From Dicyema japonicum (Eukaryota > Animalia > Dicyemida): 64,000 nucleotides of DNA. Made by a program: the position numbers and the translations under genes. Positions 11,870-23,619 of this stretch are shown in pieces. The notes below the pieces were generated by a model. It saw nothing but the letters and a program-made list of their open reading frames with translations. It was not told the DNA's origin and did not search any database. The stretch lies in contig RDEW01000010.1 in the NCBI GenBank assembly GCA_011109175.1, forward strand, positions 893,658-957,657, in the 5' to 3' direction. Numbering within the stretch: position 1 is the stretch's first letter; each line of letters begins with the position of its first letter.

Positions 11870-14200
11870 ATAACAACAGAAATAGAGCCCGTAGAGTCAA
11901 TCCTTCTACTGAAGGTACAGATATATTTTGCCGACTTTCCTTATCAGTTTTTATCTATTCACCAGAGGATGCTAACCTTGGAGACCTGCTGCGGTAATTG
12001 ATACGGTCCAAGTGACTGTTAAACTGTTACAGGCGTTTTATGAAACGACAGACATGCATCGGACACGGCAGAAACTGCTATGCTTTGCGTATAAGGTCTC
12101 TATGACCAACAACTTCTCTTTTTCTGGCTAAACCATTTCTAGAGAAATCGACCTTTTAAAAGAAAAGATAACTCTTCCCGAAATGCCTACTGTCTTAGAC
12201 TGTAACTAAAGCGTCACTGCATAAACAGCCAGCTCAGGTTCGGGAATATTAACCCCATTTTCTTTTGCACTTTGGCTAAAACAGCCATTTCAGATGACTT
12301 TTCAACGTGCTTAGAACCAACTCATATCCAACTAATGTTCACATGCAACTCTTCTCCACATAGGCTCTCAAATTCCCATTTAAGTAATTGCTACTACCAC
12401 CAAGATCTGCACTAGAAACTAGCTCCACAAGTACTCACATGCATGGCTTCTGCGCTACCTCCACGCTCTCCTACTAGTTGTGGCCTATCTTTAGTAAGTA
12501 AAACTTATCTTGCCACAACGGTCCGGTATAAATCAGACGCTACAACGCCATCCATTTTCAAGGCCAGTTAATTTGACTGGTGAGTTATTGCACACTCCTT
12601 AGAGCAGAGGTTGTCAAACGGTGTGCCGCGGCACACTAAGTGTGCCGCAAGACAATTTCTAGTGTGCCGCCTTCCAAATACAAATTTGAATAAATTTATA
12701 TACATTTTTGACCTAATTAATTTAAAAAGATAAACGAATTAAAATAATTACTAAAATTAAAATAATCATTTTTTTATTATACATTAAATGACATTTACAT
12801 TGGTTAACCATTGTTTATTAATTTTTTAATAACGTGCGCATCAACGTGCTTATGGGTAAATCAGTCCGTCGTTCTTATAAAGATTCTTATTTGTCATTTG
12901 GATGTATATGCAAAATAAAAATAAACTACCTCAATGTCTAATTTGCATGGATTTTTTGGCAAGTGATGCTATGGTTCCTAGCAAACTAAAGAGACATTTT
13001 ACTTCCAAGCATCCGGACTATTCCGAAAAATCTGTCGATTATTTTATCCATTTGAAAAAAACAACTTAAGTATTATTTGGTTTTTACTATGAATCGTAGA
13101 TCTAGTCAAATGATGTTCAGTGAAACTTTTTTAAACACAAAGGAATCATTGAAATGTTCATACCTGATTTCAGAAGTGATAGCAAAACAACTAAAACCTC
13201 ACAATATTGGCGAAAACTTGATAATCCCTGCTTGTCGTATTATTGCTCGGACTATGTTTGGTCATAAATATGAACAAAAAATAATGAAGATACCTTTGTC
13301 AGATAATACTGTTTCTCGTCGGATTTGTGCTGAAATGCGAGTGCCTTTGGTATCCATTCGACCTGATATTGATGATATATGCAAAAACAATAATAATTAA
13401 GAATTTATTTTTTATTAATAAAAATTTGGGCATTAAATTACCAATTTTTGTACTTAGTTTTAAACATCTTAAAAAATTAATTTTTTTATTTTTTATGTGT
13501 GCCGTGGATTATTTTTTTTACGATTAGTGTGCCGCGAGAATTATTTTTTGAAAAGCTCTGCCTTAGAGGCTTCCAACTACTAAGGCTAGCTTCCTGTTGT
13601 CATAATCAACTGATATTTTTTATGGTATCCTGTGTGCGTCTAGTCAAGCACCTTAACCAGGCGTTTGGTTCATCCCACAGCGCCAGTCATGATTACCATA
13701 ATTGGCCCACTTGGCACCCTTATTTACGTATGACTACACTCAAGTTAGTCACACTTCTCACACGTTTAAAGTTTGAGAATAGTTTGTACCCGTATAAGCA
13801 CAAATCCTCTAATCATTCGCTGTAACATATGAAACTAGTCGCCAGCTATCCTGAGAGAAATTTCGGAGAGAACCAGCTACTAGATGGCTCTATTAGTATT
13901 TCGCCCCTATACCCAGCTTCGACAATCGATTTGACGTCAGAATCGCGATAGACCTCCACCAGTGTTTTCCACTAGATCATCTTAACCAGGTATAGTTTCG
14001 CGCATCTTTCGGGTTTTAACGAACTGGCTATCACTCCCTCTACAACCGTAGAATCAAAAAGGAGTGTATGTTACCGACTATATCGTCACATCTAATCACT
14101 TCCATTGCACCGCATGGAATAACTCCATTAGACTTGCTAGTACGGTAATCTCCTTGGTCCGTGTTTCAAGACGGGTCGGATAGAACACCCTTGCATGCAA
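11870..14200 (-). rRNA. Orphan internal 28S (LSU) rRNA fragment, interrupted by a hAT element
   Basis: Reverse complements of conserved LSU blocks: CTCCTTGGTCCGTGTTTCAAGACGGGTC (14150-14177), AGCTATCCTGAG..AACCAGCTACTAGATGG, GCTACTACCACCAAGATCTGCAC, ACCTTGGAGACCTGCTGCGG; no 18S, 5.8S or 28S 3' part; flanked by TEs. Confidence 0.9.
12605..13560 (+). mobile_element. 956-bp non-autonomous Buster-type hAT element
   Basis: Imperfect TIRs CAGAGGTTGTCAAA / TTTGAAAAGCTCTG; perfect 8-bp TSD CCTTAGAG (12597-12604, 13561-13568); BED-finger remnant PQCLIC..LKRHF..KH and KPHNIGE..PLSDNTVSRRI fused directly to a C-terminal-like segment; subterminal GTGTGCCG repeats. Confidence 0.92.
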
Positions 14201-14229
14201 ATCAAGCAAATACCAATCCTCAGTGCTTA

Positions 14230-15110
14230 CAAGTTGGTTATAAACTGCAGTTCGATTTCATTAAAGAGCGAATTAATACTTTTCCAGTTCCTTAAAAGTT
14301 TGGAAAAACAGTCGACTGTGTGTTTGCGAAGGTCAGGGATTCTGCGAATAATAAAAACAAAAAAGTGGCACTTGGCTACAATCGCAGGATTTCTTGCCTC
14401 TAAATATGCAATTGCCGACAGGGAAAACATGGATATTAAGTCCTCAAGGACACACAGAAAAAATATTTATTAAATAAAATTTATTGCAGAACACTACACT
14501 CAATTATGTTCAAATGTATTGATGAAACAAATGTCAACCTATATACTTCCTAGGAATGGTTATCCAAAGGAAATAACGGCCCACAGACCGAAGCATTGTA
14601 CTGTCTTTTGCAAGATAGGAATTTGTTTTTTGCACACACGGGTCATTATGCAACCATTGTAAAAAATGCAAGAAAACTGTTGATCATTTGGTCACTCAGT
14701 GTGGTAAAATGCTAGTGATTATCTCCGAAGACATAATGAAGTGGTAAAGTACATTAATCTTCATCTTTGTAGAATTTATGGAATCAAAAGAAGCAGTAAA
14801 TTGAAAGGACATTCGGTTCAGTCAATATTGACGAATCAAAATGTCGAAATTAGAGTTGACACGTCGATTTGACAGAAACAAAGTCCAATACAATAAACCT
14901 GATATTATTGTTTATGACAAAACAAAGAAGGAAGTAACTTTAATTGAAGTGGGAATTACTTCAAAAGATCGCCTAAAGCAAGTTGAAGTTGAGAAACTTC
15001 ACAAATATTACTTGCTAGCAAATGAACTTTCGCTGCTCTATGAATGCAAGTGAAGATTATTCCAGTGGTTTTGACATGGGATGGAGTTGTCTCAATATGC
15101 TTAGTTAGCT
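14230..15110 (+). mobile_element. REL-type (restriction-like endonuclease) non-LTR element, 3' fragment
   Basis: QDRN, C..C..TVDHLVTQC knuckle, RRHNEVV, NKPDIIVYDK..IEVGIT..EK..KY, IIPVVLTWDG; frameshifted. Confidence 0.85.
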
Positions 15111-16349
15111 CTTAGAACACTCCGAGCGTAAATGAGACATAAAGTGAGAAGGACGTCACTACCTCAATTGCTCAAATATGAAATGAAAAATTCAAATAAC
15201 CCGACAATAAACAGCATGGCGGTGTTTGTTAGATGACACTAGTTTATACTTCCAATGACTTTCCCGTCGGGATCAAAATTGTCTAGACACCGTTGAGAGA
15301 TCAAAGAACGTTGGGAAAACTGGTAAGTACCGCGTTACAGGCTTTACGAGCATGACCGACGACTGGTCAGTAGAAAATTCATGGAGGGAATGTAGAATCC
15401 TCTTGACAAGGGTGTCAACAATTAGAGACGAGAGATCTGCAGCTAGAGAAATGTCTACAGTGCTGCGAATTTCAAGCTCTCCGAGTCTGACCAGCATTGT
15501 GACCTGCTCCGTGAGAATTCCTCAAATCGGACGTTGAAGATACGTTTCGATGTCGAACAGAAGATACCGTCAATGTGTGCGAGTTGATCGCATTGGGTGA
15601 AATAGGGAGCAGTCCTCAGGACATATGCAAGCCTCTGTATGTTGATGTTGTTCTATAGGAAGAATAATGATGTATGCACATCAAGTAGATAGAAGCGGTC
15701 CAGAGTCTCTTCTAGTAACAGTCGTTTTTAGCGTATTGCTTTCCCCATTTCACTCATAATGATTGTGGATCTGAAAAATATAAGGTCTTCGTCAGGCGTG
15801 GAAATGCTTCCAGGCTATAACTTCACGAAAGATTACAAAGCTTGTGAATACTTTTCTTCTGAAAGTCCACAATTCTAGTGTTTGGATGTACTACAATTTA
15901 AGTATCAGCTTCTACAAGTCAGGATTATCACCTCCAAATCCTAGAAGACAGTATTTTGGGGTCCTCTTAAAACGTTCTCATAATTAGAGTTACTTGAGTT
16001 ATCTGACAAAGAATATTGCTGAAGTGAAATGACGTGCGCAAATTTGCGGAATTAAGTATATTGTCCCTATCAGACCTGGTGGACCTCTTAGATAGAAAGT
16101 CAATTAGAATTTTTCAATGAACACAATCGAACCTTTTATATTCGATGGGATCCATATTAGTCCACATATGACGGACAGAAGGGAGGTGATTCAATAATTA
16201 AGAATGAAAATTGTGATTCACGGGAAGTAAAATTGACTTTTCCTTAACTAATAGATAAACCTGCCAAAACATTTAGTCCAGTGCTCAAAAATAAAAAAAA
16301 TTGATTCCTCAACTCTCGTATAAAAATTCACACCTACTATTAATTCCAT

Positions 16350-17140
16350 ATTATATTATTATTAATAGCACTTTCGAAGAACCAAAAAAGTAATTTATTT
16401 AATTAAGGTTCCGCTTATGCCGTATTTTTCTTCAGGTTATTCTTTCTCCCACAATTCTCTTAACTAACTTCCTCCATGCTCCACGGTTACTGGCAATTAT
16501 TCTGAGCGTATCCAGATCGTCTCCTGTTTTCAGCTTTTGTCCTACATTGGTCAGGTCCTTTTGTAGAACCTCTGGCAAAGTTATGCGAGGTCTTCCACGG
16601 AACGAAGTATACACTTCTAGGCAGAAATAGTTCTCCATTGCTATTTTAGCAGGCGTCATCTGGCTCATCCGAAAGATGTGACCAAATAGACGCCATCTTG
16701 ATTCATAGATATCCAGACTCAATGGTCTTGTATTACATACTTTGTATAGATTCTTGTTTGTAATTTTTTTTCGGCCAGTTGATGCCAAGCAACAGTCGGA
16801 GTTGCTTACGATGGAAGGCATCTAGTTTGTCCATTACCGCTTCTGAGACACCCCAGGTTGCAGCGTTGTACATTAGGACTGGTTTCACGAAGGCATTGTA
16901 TAGTCTCACACGTAATTGTGTGCTAATTTGTTTACGATGATTCCAGACTACTCCCATTTTTTTAAAGGCCGCGACGGCCAACATCTTCCTGTTAGTGATA
17001 TCCTCAGCGTCTCCGAGCAACGACCATAATTTTTTACAGTATCTCCATTTTCCATCAGTTCGGGTTAGTTCACAGCGTATGGTAGTTGTCTCCGTCTTTT
17101 CCGTATTGATTTTGATGAACCATTTTTCTAGGTCTCTCTT
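16350..17140 (-). mobile_element. 5'-truncated RTE LINE
   Basis: LGDAED, LMYNAATW, RWRLFGH, GRPR; AGTGCTATTAATAATAATA tail. Confidence 0.85.
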
Positions 17141-17476
17141 GTATTAAAACAATAAAATTTCGAATATTTGTTATAGCCCATAATCACATAGTTTTTCACA
17201 TTAGTGTCTTTGAAATTTCAGTTTTTTATCATTAAAACTTTCAACTTTTTGTTTCCCTCAGCACAACATGTGTTGGCTATCCGTTTAAATCGTAATAGAT
17301 ACGTAATGCTACAGTTAGACTTTCCTTTTCAATTGCCACTAATTTGGATTGAATACAAAATTTTGAATATAAATTTTAAAAATATAGACATACTCAATCT
17401 TCGTTAATGTTGGAATGAAGTCGATGGACATTGCCTGTAAAGTTATTCGATTGATCGAATATTTTATTTTATAGAA

Positions 17477-17530
17477 CAGTGGTTCTTAACCTTTTTTTAA
17501 GCCAGCGTCCCCTTTTGATACAATTTTAAG
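17477..17530 (+). mobile_element. Isolated hAT (Buster/Charlie-like) terminus
   Basis: CAGTGGTTCTTAACCTTTTT preceded by TTATAGAA (NNNTANNN); no partner TIR found. Confidence 0.45.
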
Positions 17531-17544
17531 CTTTTAAAAGGGAC

Positions 17545-18415
17545 TTCATCTTGGGCTTATGTTCCTCCCTCGACCCCAAACAATCACGTATCAGCCAAAT
17601 GGATCTTCTTAGTCACGACGGCGCGTTCCATGGTTCATTTGTATCATGGCTTCAAGAGGCATTGGTGGCTAGAATTCTCAAGAAATCCAGCGTTCCGTTA
17701 TTTTGGAGACTCTTTCTCGGATAGCCTCAATCTTAAAGACATTTTTCCTAGAGATGAATGGCCCCAGATATCACATACGTAAAAATGCATGGTTCAATGT
17801 ATTGTTTGTATATAGGATGATTTCCATACTTCCATAAACCTGTGAGACATTTCAAGACATTAGTCTTCTTTTCGCATTTTGGTATAGCATTTTCTACACG
17901 GGGCGAAAATGAATTGTGCATGTCAAAAGTCACCACAAGGATCCTTTGATATCTTCTAAAAAGGATAACGCCATTGTTTGCCTTCAGATCGACCGTCCGT
18001 TTTCCCATTCTCTTGTTTGATGTAAATAGGGTTGTGACGGACTTCTAACTGCTGGTAGCTAGGCGATTCTTAGTTAGCCATTCGTCAATGCGGTCCAGAT
18101 TTTGCTGCAATCTTGAAGTGGCGATCTGGATGTCCTGATAACGTGACGCAATTACAATCTCATAATATCATTAGGTGTGGGGAGGTTCGTCATCAATAGA
18201 TCGAATAGTAATGGAGACAAAGGGGACCCTTTGGGAACACTAATAGGAAGAAGCCGAGAAATAGTCCACTCCGACCACAAAGAAGTTAGCTAACCAGAGC
18301 TTAAGCTTTGCAGGGATGTTTGTTTGGTAAATTTTCTAAGTAAGAATCTTCCTGAACAGAGTCAAAAGCTTTCTGGACGTTAATGGAGCAAAGTTCAGTC
18401 AGTCTTTATGTGACC
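17545..18415 (-). mobile_element. Family A LINE RT/C-terminal fragment
   Basis: KAFDS, PKGSPLSPLLF, VTFD, YKQYIEP, CLGSREEHKPKM, all paralleling ORF 9478-10755. Confidence 0.75.
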
Positions 18416-18585
18416 CGGCCTGTGGAATAACCCGGTTATTGCTAAAAATTATAGCATTTATAAGTCTGAAAGTAAATAAATTAAAAATTATATTTTTGAA
18501 TGAACCAGAAATTTATTACGAAATTAGACAATCAAAATAATAGAGAACACACTACCTTCTGTTCTCCAATAATTATTTAAAACGT

Positions 18586-18660
18586 GGCGTCATGTGGTCT
18601 ACCAGTTATGAAAGTTCTGGAGGCGCTTAGGGAGCACTTAATACACCGCGAAAAAGGACT
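18586..18660 (+). ncRNA. Candidate HDV-like self-cleaving ribozyme
   Basis: P1 GGCGTC/GGCGCT (G1.U), P2 GGTCT/GGACT, P3 CC(AG)/(CT)GG, J4/2 C-GAAAAA; same order with compensatory changes at 51138-51199 and 5951-6009; P1.1 and P4 are not clearly assignable in this copy. Confidence 0.5.
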
Positions 18661-20968
18661 ATTAACTACCTCCCATCGGAAGAAGGACTCTTCGGGCGAT
18701 GGCCTCTTCCTTTTCTTAATTCCCCTCGGCTGAATGGATTTCTGATAATTCTCGCCGGTGATATTGAACTTAATTCAGGCCCCCCAATCTCAATTCTGCT
18801 GATGAACATCAACGGAATCAAAAGCAAAATTTTCAAACTACGGTCTTTCATTAAAAAACAGAACATTGACCTGATTTTACTTAAAGAAAGCAGACTTACT
18901 CCTACATCACCTACCTCGAATTTTCCAGGATAACATCATTCTCCTGGACCGCTCATAGCGTAGTGGTGGGGGATCTCCTCATCACTATAAGAGATAACAT
19001 TCGATTTACGACATCTCAACAAAACTACAATCACTAATAAACGACGGGATCACGGAAATATCTGGATATCAATTACAAGTGGATTCGGGACTCTCAACAT
19101 TACAAAATCTACGTCCCCTCCATCTTCTTGCCCAACAGGATTCTCTCTAAACCTAACCAAGTTAAACAAGCTCGAAAACCTGATATTGTGTCGAGATTTC
19201 AATGCTAAACATCCAGCCTTTTTAAAATCACAGCCAGTAGACTCAAGAGGATTATCCTTATTAAACCAGCACATTCTTCTGACTATCCTCAACAACTCCA
19301 GGAAGCACACTATAACTCCTTACAAGGAAAACGAAGCATCAACGTCCCCAGACATTACTTTCTGTTCTCCAAACCTTGCACCGGACACATATTGGACGGT
19401 GCATTATGGATTATCTTGCGACCACAATCCAATCATTATTCGAATCAAAAAAATTCTTTACCACAGGAAAGAAACTGTTTCATTTTTCAACTATAAAAAA
19501 GCAAATGGAATGACTATTCAAAATAAATCGATCAAGCTCTACTAAACTTTGACATATGATATTCCCCTCAATATGAAGCTATTGACTTTTTTTAACAAAC
19601 TATTCTCATGGCGGAGAATATTCATTCCGCAGGGATCATTTAAATTCTCCAATGAAACTCGATCAGAACACCAAATCATTAATTAAAGAAAGGAATCGCC
19701 TTTTCCCGGACAGAAATCAAACAAAAACTCTCAATGACGAAATATAAAAAGGATTAGAAAAGCTGAAGCCAACAAATGACAAACTAGTATCCTCCCTTCC
19801 ATTTCAGAAATCCGCTCGGACGATATGGAGAGAAATTAAACAATTTGGCCAAAAGGAAATTTTAAGACAAATGACGGATCAGCACAGTCTTAACAAGCTC
19901 ATTAAATATTACGCCAGTATAAGCCACAAACCTTTCAGGAAAATGGATGGGCCTTCTTTATCCTCAATGAGACCGAAGAGAACACAGCCGATTAACTTTA
20001 TCACATTCAATTTCAGTGAGAGTTTGAAGAGGATTAATTCTTCCTCTCATGTGGCCTGATTCTATCCCTGGTATTTTGCTAAAACACCTTGAAATTATTG
20101 CGATTGATGCAATCACAGTGATTTAAGCTATTCAATAAACACGAATACAATTCCAACTATCTGGAAACTGTTATATACGCCCAATCCTTAAGCCGGGAAG
20201 CCTAAGGACAATCCTGCATCATTTCGACCAATCTCTTAACTATGCACCTTATCAAAATTATTGGAAAAATTGATTCTTAATCTTATAACCCCGTCCTTTC
20301 CTATTTCATTTTCACTTCACACATGGATTCAGAAGGGGTTATTTAACTTCTACCCAGTTAATTTCCCTCAACCGATTAATCCTTGAAGGCTTTAACACAT
20401 ATCCTCGCCACCTCAAAACAGTCGTTTGCTCGATCTATCTACAAAAGGCCTTCGACTCTGTCTCAAGTAAAATCCGAAATTTTTGGCCTCTCCGTCAACC
20501 CAATATAAAACTTTGGCTTGTTAACTTCATCAATGGAAGAAGGGCCCAGGTATACATGGATGAGACCAAATCAGTTTTAAGATTACTACCCAATGGTGTC
20601 CCACAAGGTTCTCCTTTATATCCCCGCCTTACTTAACTTATACATGTCCGATTTACCACAACCAGAAAATAAAGACGATTTCCTTCTATCTGATAACCTG
20701 TTAATCGGATCCCGCAATCAGCATCTCCTATAGGCATCAGAAAGACTACAAGAATACCTTACAAAATTCAAATTTGGCTAAATTATAACCGGCTTGATAT
20801 ATCTACTGATAAATCTTCTTTGTCCTTATTTACCTCAGCCAAACGACTCGGACAAATGACAGTGGATATATTTATCAACCAGACGAAAATACCTTTTACA
20901 AAGAAACTGAAAATCTTGGGGATCACCTTCGACACACATATGTCCTTTTCATCTAACATCGACGGCAT
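18586..20968 (+). mobile_element. Family A Ingi/Vingi-like LINE, 5'-intact and 3'-truncated, degraded
   Basis: Ribozyme-like head, 2A-like motif, APE (MNINGI, DFNAKHP, SPD, CDHNP) and RT (FRPIS, KAFDS, PQGS); no ORF1 upstream of APE. Confidence 0.8.
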
Positions 20969-21158
20969 CTGAGAGCATCCCTTGGTACTCCCTCTACAAT
21001 TAGTTAGTATTAATGTTATTTGCCTAAAAAATGAAGTGTGTGTCCTGCCTGGGAAGGACGATAGCTAATACGCCTCTTCGTAAAGTGCAGTGTTATCCGA
21101 CTCTTAAAGTAAATTTTAAAATTCATTAAAATTAGTATTTGGTCACAACTGAGTTAAT

Positions 21159-22363
21159 CTAACTTGACTTTGTGATCCAATCAAGGATCTCCTCAGCAAA
21201 ATAAGTGATTATTATGTCAGCCCCTTAAAATAAATGGAAAGAATTCGACCCGCCCTTTTGTAGGCTGTTAGAAATTCAAAAAGGAGGCTCATCATAGCTG
21301 AACGGTCACCACCAGCTGCTCCTTTAAGCATCATATATTCGCTTGATGTCTGATAGATTCCAATACAATATTCGGGGTACTAAAATTAGTTAAACAATGA
21401 CTTTCTGCTTTATTCGACATATGTTGTCCAAGTTTACAATCCCTGGCTTTACTATCAAAAAATCTGTGCCCTCTTGAATATCCCTTTCCTTGAAGTGCCA
21501 AAAAAATAATACAGCAGCTCGAAGTGAGAGTCCAGCAGATCCAGTCGGAAGTTGATAGGTCGATCTATCGAAGTTCTGAGGACTGCTGTTGGCCGCATCT
21601 CTAATATAAAGAACAAATAAATGAAACCGGAATTGGCTGTACAGATTCGAGTGATGCTTTACGGAATAGCTCATTATGGCCACGGAAGATCTCAAATCTG
21701 CAGATACGAGTTTTTCCGAGATGACTGCAACTCTTCCATCCCGCATATCTGACGGAGCAACCACGTGGCACCCTGATAGAGATAATACAAAACTAAAACA
21801 CCTGCCTTTGCGTAGGCCAAGGGCAATCTCTCCAATCCGTTGAATGCTCTTCGTGTTATCAATGGCGGGTCTGATTCCTTTACTAAGGATCCCTGAGGAT
21901 AAAACGTCAAAGCGGAACCGCAGTGTCCGTGTGACGTGTAGGCACAGAGACATACATCACACACAACGTTGAGATGTGGAAAATGTTTACGGAGTAACTT
22001 TGTGGCTCGAATTACTGGAGAATCTTCACTGTCTGCATTACTCCCAAAATCATCCTTTTTCATGTTCTTAAGGACTCCAAAAGAAGGACCGATTTTAGTC
22101 CTTTTTCTACCAACGGCTCGATTTTGGAGGCCAATTTTTCTAAGGAAAAGTACGAAAGTGGAGCCATTGACTTTATAATGCTATCGTCGTTTGGAACATC
22201 GCTAAATTGAATCAACGTTAAATTTTAACCTTATAAAAATCGGATAAATTAGATTTTCTGCTGATATTCTACTATTTACGGTCTGCCATCCACGTGCAAC
22301 ATGATTATAAAAACTTGGAATGATGTGTGTTGAAAATAGTCGAAACTGTCTTATATTTTGCAT
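21159..22363 (-). CDS. ALAD: Delta-aminolevulinate dehydratase (porphobilinogen synthase), 8 exons, two single-base homopolymer frameshifts
   Basis: NLIYPIF, CDVCLCAYTSHGHCG Zn site, APSDMRDGRV, IVKPG, RAGADIIITYF; introns 22202-22229, 21893-21918, 21773-21801, 21601-21627, 21489-21512, 21380-21401, 21224-21249; -1 near 22080 and +1 near 21822. Confidence 0.92.
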
Positions 22364-22559
22364 GTGTCTTCAATATAAAATTTTATACATATTTTTTTAA
22401 AATTTAAAATTATTAATTTTTGTCTTTAACATTTGAAAATACTATTGACTCTAAGGGACTTGTGTGGGCTGTTAACACTCTCAGCTGGACGCTTGGTAGC
22501 AGTCGGCCTCCTACATGTTAGTGACGTCGGGTTAACTAACTAAAGTATTATTAATAACA

Positions 22560-22700
22560 TTCCTGAATTAATATCTAATTATTCCCTTGTCTTCCTCAAG
22601 ACAGGTAACCAATTTAAGCCAGACGGGATTCGAACCCAAATATTGATGCATCCGATGCTTCCTTGTATCCGAAAGATACGTTTACTCGATATCTCCTAAG
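22560..22700 (-). other. B-box-containing SINE-like or Pol III-like sequence
   Basis: GGGTTCGAATCCC B box; ATCGGATGCA..GGTT.GAATC.CG..GCT.AAATTG is shared with 1191-1230 (+); no cloverleaf. Confidence 0.3.
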
Positions 22701-22903
22701 TTATTATTATAACAGCAAGAACACAAGATAGAGGATTAAAGTTATCCAGGTATGCAAAAATCTTTTTTTGTGCAGGTTTCCACCCGACTAATCAGTTTTT
22801 GGAAAATTACGCTGTATTCTGTCAGAAACTGCTTTGCGTTAAGTGTTTTCTCAATGAGATAAGGTAGTTGTCAATCTGTCGCAGTTAATGGTACTCATGT
22901 TAT

Positions 22904-23173
22904 CGTGGTGCCATGTGGTTACTTGATTTAAGATTTCTGTTTTTTCATCTGTTCCTCTTTTGATCTATCTGCGTCAGGTGGTACCCAGTGCACGAAAATG
23001 GATCATTTCCTCTCCCCCACTCCACTGGATGGGTTTCCACAGCTGCAAAAAATGGGCGTCTTTTACCTTTATGCTGGTTCTGGATGGACTCGTGTGACAT
23101 CGGAAGGACTTGTTTCTGAGACTGGATACACTTAATTCGTTGTGTTAACTTCATTCTCGGTGTATCAGGGGTT
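22904..23173 (+). mobile_element. Short non-autonomous element S1, copy 1 (internal deletion in the ribozyme core)
   Basis: Colinear with 51050-51362; leader GTGGTGCCATGTGG, core GCACGAAAATGGATC, tail TTCTCGGTGTATCAGGGGTT. Confidence 0.7.
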
Positions 23174-23249
23174 AGGGTAGAATACGAAAAAATTGATTTT
23201 TGTAACCTAAAGTTTGCTCTATGTGGATATGGACAACTCTACAATTCAT

Positions 23250-23600
23250 GCTGGACATGTGAGTTCAATAGTTGGGGAGATATACTGTCCGTATATCGAT
23301 TTGAGAGAAGGGATAGAAGAGATAGGGTCTTGAGAATTCCCATCTTATTTTGGGAAAACTATTAAATCCACGAGATGCGTGAATGTCAACACTGGGTCTA
23401 ATGTGATTCCAAGGATGGATGCGGTCTTCTTCATGGAATGTGCTCCGTTCAGTATCAACTTGGAAGCAATCTTTTTTCGCCAATCTTGCACGCCTTCAGC
23501 AAACTTGATAAATGTAATCGTTAATCGATGTTGGGAATTACTTTCCTCTATTATATATGAATAATTATCACAAGAAATTTCTCCACCCGATTGGCCCAAA
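23250..23600 (-). mobile_element. Family A-like RT C-terminal fragment
   Basis: LGITLDPVLTFTH resembles LGVTFD in family A; degraded. Confidence 0.4.
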
Positions 23601-23619
23601 AGTTGTCATCCGTTCACGT

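Noticed and set aside
14150-14260. REL element as an R2/R4-like site-specific 28S insertion
   Set aside because: Opposite orientation to the rRNA, junction in the D2 region, and the canonical R2 target is not within the fragment
23165-23180. TTAGGG telomeric repeat
   Set aside because: Single unit at the S1 tail, expected by chance
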